This document shows, piece by piece, positions 19,489-29,947 of a DNA stretch of 64,000 bases. Position numbers and translations under genes: made by a program. The notes beneath the pieces were generated by a model that was not told where the DNA came from, ran no database searches, and worked only from the letters and a program-made list of their open reading frames with translations. The first letter of the stretch is position 1. Each line of letters opens with the position of its first letter. The stretch lies in NCBI GenBank assembly GCA_963808235.1, contig CAWEEQ010000004.1, positions 3,424,001 to 3,488,000 of the forward strand. Reading direction: 5' to 3'. This DNA comes from an uncultured delta proteobacterium (lineage in GTDB: Bacteria; Desulfobacterota; Binatia; Binatales; Binataceae).

Positions 19489-21120
19489 TCAGGCGGCGGC
19501 ATCGGCGCCGGTTGCTACGTTTCCACTCGCGATCGAAATCAAGTCGTCATCGGAACTGCGCACGCAAAAGTGCGCGAACGTTTCATTGCTCTCGCGGCGT
19601 TCGAGATATGAGCCGAATAGCCGCGATACGTAATCCTCGACCATCGCGCTCGGCACCCGGCGCAGCACCGGCTTGCCGATGCCCGCGTCCTTGCCCAGTC
19701 CGCCGCGCAGGATAATGTCAAATGCCTCCAGCGGCTCGCCGTTGGGTCCGCGCCCGGTGGTGCCTTGCAAGCCGATATCGCCGGTCCAATGCTGCGCGCA
19801 CGCATGCGGGCATCCGTCGAGATTCACCTTGAGTCCGCCCACCTGCTCGCCAAACTGGTTCACCAGCCGCTCGATAATCGTCGCGAGCTTGGTCTTGGTC
19901 GGCGTGACGGCATAGTTGCAATGCGGATCGCCGATACATCCAATCGACGACGCATAGAGTCCGTTCGCGTTGAGCGGAAACCCGATCTCGCCGATTCTCG
20001 CGATCACCTCGTCGAGTCGCTCGCTCGGAATTCCGCTCACGATAAAATTCTGCCGCCGCGTCAGCCGGATATCGCCGCCGAACGTCGCCGCGACCGCCGC
20101 AATCGCGCGCATCTGCGCCCCACTCATCAAGCCGAGGTAAACCGGGAAGCCGACGTAGTGTTGCCCGGCCTGCTTCTGTTCGCTGATGCCCATGTGATCG
20201 CTGTCGGTCTCGGGAATCGGCATCGCGTCTAGGCTTTCCAGCGCATACCCAAGCTTCGCTTCGACCAGCCGGCGAAATTCCTCCGGCCCGTAATCGTCGA
20301 TCATGAACTTGAGCCGCGCCTTCACCCGCGAGATTCGGTACTCGGTGGTCCCCTTCCACACGTCGATAATCGCGCGCATCACCGGCATCGCCTGCTCGCG
20401 CGTGATGAAGACGCCGAGATGCCGCGACAAGCGCGGCGTCGACGATTGCCCTCCGCCGACGCGCACCGCGAAGCCCTCGCGCCCGTCCTTCACCATCCCG
20501 ACCAGCGCCACGCAATTGATCTCAGGCGCGTTGCACTGATGCTGGCACGCCGCGATCGTAATCTTGTGCTTGCGCGGCAAGTCCGAGTACTCGCGATTGC
20601 CGTAGAAAAATCCCGCCGCCTCGGCGACCAGCGGCGTCACGTCAAAGAGTTCTTCCTTATCGACGCCGGCCACCGGGCATCCGGTGATATTGCGCACCAC
20701 GTCGCCGCATCCGCCCATCGAGGTCAGCCCGACGCTTTTCAGCTTCTCGAGAATCTCCGGAAACTTGTCGAGCGTGATGTAATGAAGCTGGATATTTTGC
20801 CGCGTGGTCAGCTCACCCTGATCGCGTCCGTAAATCTCCGAGATTTCGCCGATCACCCGCAGCCCGTCGGCGCTCAGGATGCCGCTCGGAATCTTCACCC
20901 GCAGCATGAACGTGCCGATCTTCGGCTTGTCGTGATACATCCCGAACCACTGCAGCCGCACAATATCTTCCTCGGGAAGCTTTTCGTATGAGGTCGTCGC
21001 CAGCCGGTCCCATTGACCGGTCAGCTCGGTGGGAAAAAGCTCGTGCTTCAAGCGCTCGACTGAATTGCGCTTGCGCACCATTTCCCAGGATTGCGGTTCT
21101 TTTCTAGGCACTTGAATCAA
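19489..21120 (-). CDS. Ferredoxin-type siroheme sulfite/nitrite reductase
   Basis: TTRQNIQ, LPRKHK, CIGDPHC and GCPHAC siroheme/4Fe-4S ligands; adjacent to cysH. Confidence 0.92.
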   Translation of the reverse strand: MIQVPRKEPQSWEMVRKRNSVERLKHELFPTELTGQWDRLATTSYEKLPEEDIVRLQWFGMYHDKPKIGTFMLRVKIPSGILSADGLRVIGEISEIYGRDQGELTTRQNIQLHYITLDKFPEILEKLKSVGLTSMGGCGDVVRNITGCPVAGVDKEELFDVTPLVAEAAGFFYGNREYSDLPRKHKITIAACQHQCNAPEINCVALVGMVKDGREGFAVRVGGGQSSTPRLSRHLGVFITREQAMPVMRAIIDVWKGTTEYRISRVKARLKFMIDDYGPEEFRRLVEAKLGYALESLDAMPIPETDSDHMGISEQKQAGQHYVGFPVYLGLMSGAQMRAIAAVAATFGGDIRLTRRQNFIVSGIPSERLDEVIARIGEIGFPLNANGLYASSIGCIGDPHCNYAVTPTKTKLATIIERLVNQFGEQVGGLKVNLDGCPHACAQHWTGDIGLQGTTGRGPNGEPLEAFDIILRGGLGKDAGIGKPVLRRVPSAMVEDYVSRLFGSYLERRESNETFAHFCVRSSDDDLISIASGNVATGADAAA

Positions 21121-21159
21121 CTTCCGAAAGAAGTGGAACTCCCGGAACTGTAAAAGGTA

Positions 21160-21181
21160 ACTAAGATGAGTGACTTAGTCA
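21160..21181. promoter_or_regulatory. Candidate Rrf2 operator
   Basis: ACTAAG-N8-CTTAGT dyad overlapping TGACT-T-AGTCA in the AT-rich divergent gap. Confidence 0.45.
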
Positions 21182-21268
21182 ATTAAGTAGATGACAAACC
21201 CGGTAGTCTATTTATTTTATAGCGCCGCCTTGATATAAATATTGGGAATTCCGAGAGAAACCAGAAAA

Positions 21269-21703
21269 ATGAAATTCGGCGTTGGCGTAGATTATTCCCT
21301 CAAGGCTCTCCTGATGCTGGCGGAGCGCTACCCCGGCACGCAGCCGGTGCGGGTCGAGGAAATCGCCGAGACTCAGGCCATCCCGGAGAACTACCTGCGC
21401 CGCCTCCTGATCGAGCTCAAACGCGGCGGCCTCGTCGCGAGCCAGAAGGGACCGAGCGGCGGCTACATGCTCGCCAAGCCGCCGGCGCGAATCACGATGG
21501 CCGACGTGATCGAGATCATCGAGGGCGACTACGCCCCGGTGGAATGCATCGAGGAGAGTTCCTCGTCGTGCCCGCGAGAGAATCCATGCCCGATGCGCGA
21601 CGTATGGCGCGAGGTGCGCGACTCGGTCAGCTCAATCCTGCGCGGCGTGACCCTCCAATCCCTATCCGAAAAGCGCAAACACGCAATCACCTTCAGCATC
21701 TAG
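21269..21703 (+). CDS. Rrf2-family regulator (CymR/IscR-like)
   Basis: IPENYL, V.SQKGP.GGY.L, three Cys in EC..C..CP. Confidence 0.92.
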   Translation: MKFGVGVDYSLKALLMLAERYPGTQPVRVEEIAETQAIPENYLRRLLIELKRGGLVASQKGPSGGYMLAKPPARITMADVIEIIEGDYAPVECIEESSSSCPRENPCPMRDVWREVRDSVSSILRGVTLQSLSEKRKHAITFSI

Positions 21704-21710
21704 CAGTCTA

Positions 21711-22076
21711 CTATTTCGCTTTGCTGACCAAATCCACTCCGTTGCCCGACGGGTCAACGAGGTTTGCCAGACCTCCCTTAGGGCCCCGCTGAATTTCGCC
21801 TTCGAGTTTGCCGCCCGCTTCGATTGCACGTTTGACCGCCTCGTCGATGTCATCGACGGTAAAGTCAAGATGGACCGGCGTCCAATGCCGTCGATAGTCG
21901 CGCGAGATTTCTCCCTGCACGCCTGCCGGAGTTTTCATTATCCAAAACGTCTGATCGCCCAGCTTTACCTGCGCCCAATCGGGATGATGTTCCGCGACCG
22001 TCAGGCCGAGCCCGCGCCCATAAAACTCAACTGCGCGATCCACGTCGTCAACGTCGATGCAAATTTGGAATTCCAT
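21711..22076 (-). CDS. VOC/glyoxalase family protein
   Basis: DVDRAVEFY..GLG, VHLDF.VDD, DPSGN motifs. Confidence 0.88.
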   Translation of the reverse strand: MEFQICIDVDDVDRAVEFYGRGLGLTVAEHHPDWAQVKLGDQTFWIMKTPAGVQGEISRDYRRHWTPVHLDFTVDDIDEAVKRAIEAGGKLEGEIQRGPKGGLANLVDPSGNGVDLVSKAK

Positions 22077-22100
22077 GGCGTGCCTCCGTGGCGATCGCTT

Positions 22101-23084
22101 TTACACGTGCACCAAAACCTTCTCCCACAGCCGGCGGAACACCGCTTCGTCCATCCCCGTTCCCGAGAAGATGATCTGCGACAGGCCCCAGCTCTTCACC
22201 CGGCGCTTCAGCTCCACGACGCAGTCCTCCGGCGTGCCGATCAGCGCCATCGGCGACTGCAGCAATCCCTCCGGCGTCTGTTTGAATGCGGGCGCCATCA
22301 TCTCGGCCGTCTTGCGAGTCGCGTCGCGCGAGTCGGTGAGCATCGAAAAGAAGATGACGCTGCTGATCTTGACCGCGTCGGGCTTGCGCCCGTTGCGCTT
22401 CGCCTCCTCGCCCACGAAGGTGACCTTTTCACGGTAGGATTCATCGCTCAGGCGATTAAATTCCTCGAGCGAAATATGTCCCGCCTTTCCCGCGTCGGGA
22501 ATGATATTGAGGTAGTCCGCATGCTTGGCCGCGATGCGCAGCAGACCCTTGCCTCCGCCGCCCACAATTATCGGCGGCCGCGGCTTCTGCATCGGCTTGG
22601 GCCACAGTATCGCGTCTTTCAACTTGTAGAACTCGCCCTCGAAGGTCGTCCTCTCGTTGGCCCATAACGAACGGATGCAAGTGAGCGCCTCGTCGAGCAT
22701 CCGCAGTCGCTCGGTGATCGGCGGAAACGGAATTCCGGTCATCTTGAATTCAGTTTCTGTCCATCCGGAACCGAGTCCCGCAATCAGCCGTCCACCGCTC
22801 AAATGGTCGAGCGTGGTCAGGCTCTGCGCCGTGATCACCGGGTGCCGGAACAGGTTGCATAGCACCAGGTGCCCGACCCGGATTTTCTTGGTCGCCTCAA
22901 TAACCGCCGCCGCGATCGAGACCATGTCGTAGGCGAGCCCATGCGGATCGTATTGCCGCTCAGGCTGCTCGAGCACGATATGGTCCGGGAACATGACCAG
23001 GTCGAAGCCGAGCCCCTCGATCGTCTGGGCATAGGCGCGGAACTGGGCCGGTTCCATATTCCAAAGCTGAATTCCAAACTCCAT
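22101..23084 (-). CDS. LLM-class flavin/F420-dependent oxidoreductase
   Basis: PDH, TLDHLSGGRL..GLGSGW, PKP.QKPRPPI.VGG motifs. Confidence 0.9.
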   Translation of the reverse strand: MEFGIQLWNMEPAQFRAYAQTIEGLGFDLVMFPDHIVLEQPERQYDPHGLAYDMVSIAAAVIEATKKIRVGHLVLCNLFRHPVITAQSLTTLDHLSGGRLIAGLGSGWTETEFKMTGIPFPPITERLRMLDEALTCIRSLWANERTTFEGEFYKLKDAILWPKPMQKPRPPIIVGGGGKGLLRIAAKHADYLNIIPDAGKAGHISLEEFNRLSDESYREKVTFVGEEAKRNGRKPDAVKISSVIFFSMLTDSRDATRKTAEMMAPAFKQTPEGLLQSPMALIGTPEDCVVELKRRVKSWGLSQIIFSGTGMDEAVFRRLWEKVLVHV

Positions 23085-23515
23085 TTGAACCTCGCGAACG
23101 ATACTTGATTTCTGAGCCGGCTGAGACTAGCAAACCTGCCCGCGCTAACAGAAACCCCTTGATTACGCTCGCATCGCTGCGGATTTCACATTGCACGAAA
23201 TCGCGGCACACGCTGTTTCGTACGATGGCGCTAGTCATTGCAATTGCCGAAAATTGAAACAGTGCATTCGCGAACTTCCATAATTCTTCACACGTTTACG
23301 CGCTTAGTTGCTGCATCAGCGCGCAAGTCGTCCGGTGCCGTAGGGCGCCGCTGCCTGCGAAATCGTCAGCATGTGCATTAAAATTCATTGAACGGTTGAT
23401 TAAAGAGTGGTTATAGTATTACAGAGGATGGCCGAGGTTGGGATGAGGATGCGGTTTCGCCCTGCATACGCCCTGGGGTTCTGACGATGCCCGCGCGAAC
23501 TGCCAAAGGAGACTC

Positions 23516-24322
23516 ATGGCTCTAGGTGTCGCGCATGTACCGTCGCAAAAGAGTCTGAAACGACCTTCAATGCTAGCCGCCCTCGGGGAATTTCGGGTCC
23601 CGTTCGAGGCAACCGTCTTCTGGCTCGGCGCGCTCACCCACCCCTGGCCTCACGCCAACGCTGACAATCGCAAAGTTGTTCTGTTGATCCCCGGTTTCAT
23701 GGCCGGCGATGTAACCCTCGCCCCGATGGCGAACTTTTGCCGATGGCTCGGGCATCGCGTCGTCTTCGGCGGAATATGGTCCAATTCCGAGTGCCCGCGC
23801 GAAACGATGCGCAAGCTGACCGCCCGCCTGCTTCTCACTCATGAAAAATTCGACCAGCCGATCGTGGTGATCGGTCAGAGTCTTGGCGGCGTCTATGCGC
23901 GCGAGCTGGCTCGTGAAAATCCCGAAGCGATCGAACGGGTGATCTCGCTCGGCTCGCCGATCAGGACTCCGCGCGAGACCGCCAACTACGCCGTGCAGGC
24001 AGTCGCACGATCGATTGCGATGCTTCGCGGCCGGGCGGAAGGATGCCTCACCGAGTCATGCAAGTGCGGTCTGATCCTGAGCGACGACTCGCCGGGAGAG
24101 GTGCCGACCACGCACGTCTACTCGCGCACCGACGGAGTCGTGCACTGGCAGAGCTGCGTCGACGAAAGCGGCGCGCCCTCGGTCGAGAACGTTGAAGTGA
24201 TGGGCAGTCATGTCGGGATGGCGATCAGCTCCGACGTCTATCGCATCATCGCAGACCGCCTTGCGATGCCTCCGCGCCCCCCGCTCCACCTGGTCCGCCG
24301 CAAAGCCGCGTCAGCTATCTAA
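23516..24322 (+). CDS. Alpha/beta hydrolase (lipase/esterase-like)
   Basis: IPGF, GQSLGG nucleophile elbow, YSRTDGVV, GSHVGM. Confidence 0.85.
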   Translation: MALGVAHVPSQKSLKRPSMLAALGEFRVPFEATVFWLGALTHPWPHANADNRKVVLLIPGFMAGDVTLAPMANFCRWLGHRVVFGGIWSNSECPRETMRKLTARLLLTHEKFDQPIVVIGQSLGGVYARELARENPEAIERVISLGSPIRTPRETANYAVQAVARSIAMLRGRAEGCLTESCKCGLILSDDSPGEVPTTHVYSRTDGVVHWQSCVDESGAPSVENVEVMGSHVGMAISSDVYRIIADRLAMPPRPPLHLVRRKAASAI

Positions 24323-24443
24323 CGCTCCTACAGCATCTCCCTGACCGTTAAAAAGGGAGAGGCCGACGCTCGTCATAGAGCGGCGGGTGAGGGTCCGAAC
24401 CCAAAATTCCTCTCCACGCGATTGTTCCCCACGCGCCATCCGC

Positions 24444-25166
24444 TCACGCACGCCCATAAACCGGAATCACCGCGCCCGACGTGACCCGACAATCGTCCGA
24501 ACACAGATACGCAATCGTCTTCGCAATATCGCCCGGCTTCACCCAGTTCTCTTGCTTCGCCTTGGGCATCGCAGCGCGATTCGCTTCGGTGTCGATCGTG
24601 CTCGGCGCGATCGCGTTCACCAGCACTCCATCGCCAATCACTTCCTGCGCGAGCGACGCGGTAAACGTCGCGATTGCGCCCTTCGAAACTGCGTAGGCCG
24701 CGTAATCTCCGGCGCCCTGAAGTCCGCTTCGCGACGCAACCGATACGATCCGTCCCCACTTATTGCGCTGCATTATCGGCACCACCGCGCGGCAACATGT
24801 GAAGGTCGGTTTCAGATTCAGATCGAACATCGCCTGCCATTCGGCGAGCGTCGTCTCCGCGATCGATTTCCCGCCCCAGAATCCACCCACCAGGTTCACC
24901 AGGATATCGACCTTGCTCCACTTGGACGCGACATCCGCGACGAATTTCCCGATTTGCGCCTCGTCGCTAACGTCGGCTTTTTTCAACTGAATTTCCGACG
25001 CCGGAAAACGTTTCCCGAGTTGCTTCTTGACGATCGGCACTTCCGCATCGACGACGTACGGGACCGCGACTTTCGCGCCCGCGATCAGAAAATTCTCGAC
25101 CACCGCGCGCCCGAGCGCCCCGGTCCCGCCGGTGATTATCGCCACCCGATTTTCAAGCAACTGCAT
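24444..25166 (-). CDS. SDR oxidoreductase
   Basis: TGGTGALG and YAVSK motifs. Confidence 0.9.
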   Translation of the reverse strand: MQLLENRVAIITGGTGALGRAVVENFLIAGAKVAVPYVVDAEVPIVKKQLGKRFPASEIQLKKADVSDEAQIGKFVADVASKWSKVDILVNLVGGFWGGKSIAETTLAEWQAMFDLNLKPTFTCCRAVVPIMQRNKWGRIVSVASRSGLQGAGDYAAYAVSKGAIATFTASLAQEVIGDGVLVNAIAPSTIDTEANRAAMPKAKQENWVKPGDIAKTIAYLCSDDCRVTSGAVIPVYGRA

Positions 25167-25175
25167 TTTGGATTG

Positions 25176-26234
25176 CTATTCCAAGGCCGCGCGACCCATC
25201 CGCTCATCGAACTCTTTGGCGACTTTCTCGTCGTTCGCCATCAACTGCTCGCTGTCGAGTTCCGCAAACGCCATCACGCCCATGCTGGAATATGCGCGGC
25301 GAATCTTCGGACCCCAAAGACCGATATTCTTGATCGTCGGTACGATTCGCGAGAACAGCCGCGACTGAAACTCGCGCATATCCGGCGACGCATCGACATA
25401 GGTGACGCATTCCTCGACCGGCAGACCAACCGCTTCCCACATCTCCTCGGAGCGAAAACGATCGCGCATCAGGTACGAGGCTTCCACGGCGAATTCCTCA
25501 CGCTCGTCGCGCTCCGCCTGTGTCAGTTGCGGATAGTAATCGCGCAGCGCCAGGCGTCCGAAGGCCACGTGCCGCGCTTCATCCTGCATCACGTACGCAT
25601 TCACGGCGGCAGCCAATGAATTTTTCGCCGTGTCGCGGATTCCGGCAAACGCGGCCAGCGCCAGGCCTTCGATAAGCACCTGCATCCCGAGATAAGTCAT
25701 GTCCCAGCGCGAATCGCTCAGCACGTCGTTCAGCAGGCGCTTGAGTGGCGGCGTGATCGGATATGCGAGATCGAATTTTTCGTGCAGCAGACGCGAATAG
25801 GTTTCGACGTGGCGCGCTTCATCCATCACCTGCGTCGCCGCATAAAACTTCGCATCGATGTTGGGCACCTGCTGGACGATTTTCGCGGTGCAAATCAACG
25901 CGCCCTGCTCGCCGTGCAGAAACTGCGATACCGACCAGGCTTGCGCGTGGCGGCGCAGGTTGGCCCTCTCCTGCCGGGTCATCTTGTTCCAGATATCGGA
26001 GCCAAAGATCGAGATGCTCTCGTCGGGAAGTTCCTGTGGATTTTCCGGATCGAGATCCTGTGACCAGTCGATTCGCGTCGAGGTGTTCCACTGAAGCCGC
26101 TTGCCCTTCTCGTAGAGCTTGCGGAGATCGTCCTTGCTCTCCTGGTATTCCCACTTGAAGACGGTGTCGAATTTGCCGGGCACCGCCCACTCGGCTTGCC
26201 CGCTCGGAACCGCGTAGCGCTCCTTGGTGGACAT
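25176..26234 (-). CDS. Ferritin-like diiron oxygenase (AurF-like)
   Basis: HGEQGA and two DEARH diiron motifs. Confidence 0.85.
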   Translation of the reverse strand: MSTKERYAVPSGQAEWAVPGKFDTVFKWEYQESKDDLRKLYEKGKRLQWNTSTRIDWSQDLDPENPQELPDESISIFGSDIWNKMTRQERANLRRHAQAWSVSQFLHGEQGALICTAKIVQQVPNIDAKFYAATQVMDEARHVETYSRLLHEKFDLAYPITPPLKRLLNDVLSDSRWDMTYLGMQVLIEGLALAAFAGIRDTAKNSLAAAVNAYVMQDEARHVAFGRLALRDYYPQLTQAERDEREEFAVEASYLMRDRFRSEEMWEAVGLPVEECVTYVDASPDMREFQSRLFSRIVPTIKNIGLWGPKIRRAYSSMGVMAFAELDSEQLMANDEKVAKEFDERMGRAALE

Positions 26235-26340
26235 TGACGGGACCTCCTCTCGAGCCGGTCCTCTTCCTGATTAGCCCGCCTCCGAGCGATGCGCAAACCA
26301 GTTCTGTCTCCGCCTCGGGAGAATAAAAAAAGGTTCGGTT

Positions 26341-26467
26341 CCCCTTCCCCTCTATGTCTCCTGAGTACCGAATTGCCCTCGCCCGCTCTGCGGGAGAGGG
26401 AACGGCGTCCGCGTCCCCGAGCTGCGGGGTGAGGGAGGGCCTCCAGGGAAGGGGTTAGGGGTTAGGT
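26341..26467. repeat. REP-like intergenic repeat, family A, copy 1
   Basis: CCCCTCTATGTCTCCTGAGTACCGAATT...GGGAGAGGGAACGGCGTCCGCG...GGGGTTAGGT, near-identical to 36219-36324. Confidence 0.8.
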
Positions 26468-26497
26468 TGATTGGTCATGCATCGCCGCGAATTGTGC

Positions 26498-27082
26498 TTA
26501 CTTGAAATTCGCGCTCGCGAAATCCCAATTGACCATCTTCCAAAACGCGTCGACGTATTTCGGCCGCGCATTGCGATAGTCGATATAGTACGCATGCTCC
26601 CACACGTCGCAGGTGATTATCGGCGTCTGCCCCTGCCGTATCGGGCATCCCGCATCATGCGTCGCGATCACCTGAATTGAACCGTCCTTGCCGCGCACCA
26701 GCCACGCCCATCCGCTCCCGAAGTGCCCGTCTGCAATCTCGCTGAATTTTTTCTTGAACGCATCGAAATGCCCGAACGCTTTCTTGATCGCATCGGCGAC
26801 GCGGTCCCTTCGGTTCGCCGCCACCCTTCGGACTGAGTGACTTCCAGTAGAAAGAATGATTCCAATGCTGCTCGGCATTGTTAAAGAGCGGCCCCGGTTC
26901 CGCGGTCTTGAGAATCTCTTCGAGCGGTGCGCCCTCGAATTTGCTGTTCTTGACCAGGTCGTTGAGCTTGTCGACGTATGCCTTGTGATGTTTGCCGTGA
27001 TGATATTCAAGCGTCTCGGCCGACAGATGCGGCTTCAACGCGTCCATTGCGGTATGGGAGGTTCGGGGAGTTCAAAAGCCAT
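26498..27082 (-). CDS. sodB: Fe/Mn superoxide dismutase (apparent frameshifts)
   Basis: MAFELP, YHHGKHH, NNAEQHWNH, FGSGWAWL and DVWEHAYY distributed over different frames. Confidence 0.88.
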
Positions 27083-27279
27083 GAAGATGTACCTTCCTTT
27101 CGTGTGTGTTTGATCTGATCTTACGCCCGACAATGAACCGAGGCGAATTTCCGGCTCACGCCAATGTGTTGCGCGGTTCAAACCAACGCGCGGCGACTGT
27201 TGCAAAAGCGGTTATGCTATGAAAAGAGAAACTCGAAAGCGGGTTTCAGGCGGGGCGAACTCGAAGGAGGAGGATTCCG

Positions 27280-27977
27280 ATGGAAGAACTGGTCTTCATG
27301 CTGCTCAGATTCTTGCACTTCCTTTTCGGTATCATGTGGATAGGCCTGCTCTATTATTTCAATTTCGTGCAGACGCCGTTCTTCGGCGAAACCGATCCCG
27401 CAGTCAGCAGCGGCGCGATTCAGAAACTGGTCCCGCGCGCGCTCTGGTGGTTTCGATGGGGCGCGATGGGCACCGTCATCTTCGGCCTGCTCTACCTGCT
27501 GATGTGGTGGGCGATGCGCCTGGACTACGCGATGACCTCGTGGACCGTCGCGATTTTCACCGGCGGCCTGATGGGCCTCATCATGTGGGCCAACGTATGG
27601 TTCGTCATCTGGCCGAATCAGAAAATCGTCATCGGCAACGCGGCTGCGATGGCTGGAGGAGCGCCAGCCAATCCCGCCGCCGCGCCCGCCGGACGGCGCG
27701 CCGCATTGGCCTCGCGCACCAACACCTTTTTTCGATCCCGATGCTGTTCTTCATGGGGGCGGCGAGCCACTACACCCTGTTCAATGAGCCGACCTCCAGC
27801 GGAATCACCAGGTGGCTGGTGATCTCGCTGATCATAATTGCGCTGGTCGAAGCGAACGCGCTCATCGGCTCCCAGGGCGCGACCAAGAAGCCGCTTGATT
27901 CGATCTCCGGCACCGTCACCATGGGCGCTGTCCTATGGGCCGTGCTGGTCGTGGTCATCATGATAAGCTTGCGCTGA
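27280..27977 (+). CDS. PuuD / urate oxidase N-terminal-like membrane protein (frameshift at the T-run near 27730)
   Basis: RFLH...GIMWIG, ALWWFRW, NVWFVIWPNQK, SRTNT then FSIPMLFFM.AASH in another frame. Confidence 0.8.
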
Positions 27978-28048
27978 TTCGAAGAGCTGACAGATCTCGA
28001 AGGGAGCGAAATCGTCGCTCCCTTCGTTCTTCCAAATCCCCGCGTGCC

Positions 28049-28212
28049 AGTGGCACCTCCTTGATCCAGGAAGGCTTTGCATAACTGGTCGAGGCATACA
28101 TCCCCTCTCCCGATGGGAGAGGATTGAAGGTGCGAGGGACCTTATCCAGCGCGCGTTTTTTGGCGCGCGATTCAAGATTCTGCTCCGCTCCGAAAGCCGT
28201 GCGAAGGTTATC
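28049..28212. repeat. Intergenic repeat, family B (~165 bp), copy 1
   Basis: AGTGGCACCTCC...CCCCTCTCCCGATGGGAGAGG...GCGAAGGTTAT, near-identical to 36429-36587. Confidence 0.85.
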
Positions 28213-28490
28213 CTGAACCTCCCCTTGTCCGAGGGGAGGTCGGAGCGCGCCAAAGGAGCGCTCCGGGAGAGGTGCGACGCACGATAGCGCACACCGCCAA
28301 CTCGTCTAACCACTGTTCACTCGCTACAGGTGCGTCCATTTTGTCATTCTGAGCAGCGAAGAATCCCGGATTTTTCTCGGCACAAAACACCTCGACTTCG
28401 CTTCGGGCGCGCGTAGCCGAGCCGCTCCAATCCAATGTGCAGTTATGCAAAGCTCTCCCCTTCTCTCAGGGGAAGGGCCGGGGGTTAGGT

Positions 28491-28830
28491 TCAGTTCTTC
28501 ACTTCGGCCAGAAACGCCGTCAGATTATCGATCTGATTCCTGAGCTGCGGCAGCGCGCGCATCGCATGCGTCGTCCGCTTGGGCGTGTATCCGGGCGGAT
28601 ACTTGAGATACAGCACGCGATCCTCGACCAACTCTCGCGACGAGCCCGCGATCGGCGGCCCCTGGCTGCCTGCCAGATTCGGATTCGGATTGTGGCAGAC
28701 CACGCAATTCGTCATGTACACGATCCGCCCCTTCTGCGCCGGCGTCATGCGGCTTCGACGGCCCACATCCCGAGAGCGCAAGACTTAATATCGCGATGCT
28801 CGCGAGCGCAAAATTTCCCGCGCGCAGCAT
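28491..28830 (-). CDS. Small c-type cytochrome lipoprotein (frameshift after the signal peptide)
   Basis: CVVCH heme motif and distal Met; LALSGC lipobox in an adjacent frame. Confidence 0.8.
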
Positions 28831-28900
28831 CGCCGTATTTTTTGACCGGGAAGTAGGAAGGCGGCCGGAGGTATTGTGCACGGGATAAAAGTCTTCTTGT

Positions 28901-29526
28901 CTACAGTTCGCGGCGGCCGCTGAGCGCGCTGGTCAGTGTCGCCGAGTCGCTGTACTCGAGATCGCCGCCGGCCGGCAGTCCCCGCGCGAGCCGGGTCGTC
29001 TTGACCCCAGCGGCTTCAACGCGCGCGCGATATAAAGCGCGGTCGCCTCGCCCTCGACGGTCGCGTTGGTCGCGATTATCACCTCGCGAATCGACGCCGG
29101 CGGACTCACGCGCGCGATCAGTTCCTTCATCTTGATATCGTCGGGGCCGATTCCGTCCAGCGGCGCGAGCGCGCCGTTGAGCACGTGATAGACGCCGCCG
29201 AAACTGCGCGCCCGCTCGATCGCCATCAGGTCGGCCGGCCCCTCGACGACGCAAATCATCTCGCGCTCGCGCGCCGGGTCGTCGCAGATCTGGCAGCGCG
29301 GATGGTCCGACAGCCCGAAGCATCCCGAGCACAGCCCGACCCGCTCTTTCATTTCGAGCAGCGACTCGGCCAGCGCGATCACCTGGTCGCGCGGACGATT
29401 GAGCAGGTTGAACGCCAGCCGCGACGCGGTCTTCTCCCCGATTCCCGGCAGGCGCGACAACTCCTTCACCAGCCGCGTCATCGCCGGCGGCAGTCCGTCC
29501 TGCCGCTTCAGGTTTTCCGCCATCAC
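28901..29526 (-). CDS. recR: Recombination mediator RecR (3' frameshift)
   Basis: [14 protein letters not shown]4 zinc finger, YHVL.G.LAPLDG, EGEATA; [14 protein letters not shown] in a second frame. Confidence 0.93.
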
Positions 29527-29873
29527 GCGCGCTCCGTCATTCCGCGCCGCCGAAGCCGGGAATCTTCATGCCCGCCGAGCGGCCCGAGCTTGCCCATCTC
29601 GTCGGCGAGCATCTTCTGCGCGCGCGCCATTCCGTCGTTGACCGCGACCACGATCAGGTCTTCGAGCATCGCCTTGTCGTTGGCGGCGACGATCGCCGCG
29701 TCGATTTCGATTTTGCGCACGCGCAATCGTGCCGTCCACCACCACCCGCACCATCCCGCCGCCCGATTGTGCCTCGACGGTTTTCGCCGCCGCCTGTTCC
29801 TGCATCTCCTTGCATACTTGGTCTGCAACGCCTGCGCCTGCTGCATCAGTGAACTCAAATCCATTTCTGCCAC
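29523..29873 (-). CDS. ybaB: YbaB/EbfC nucleoid-associated protein (frameshifted)
   Basis: [18 protein letters not shown] and [12 protein letters not shown] across frames; dnaX-ybaB-recR synteny. Confidence 0.88.
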   Translation of the reverse strand: MAEMDLSSLMQQAQALQTKYARRCRNRRRRKPSRHNRAAGWCGWWWTARLRVRKIEIDAAIVAANDKAMLEDLIVVAVNDGMARAQKMLADEMGKLGPLGGHEDSRLRRRGMTERA

Positions 29874-29947
29874 TACCGTCGCTCCCTGGTCTGCGGGCTC
29901 CCCCGCCGCAGCCTATTTTATTTCGATCTGCTTTTTTATTTCGATTC

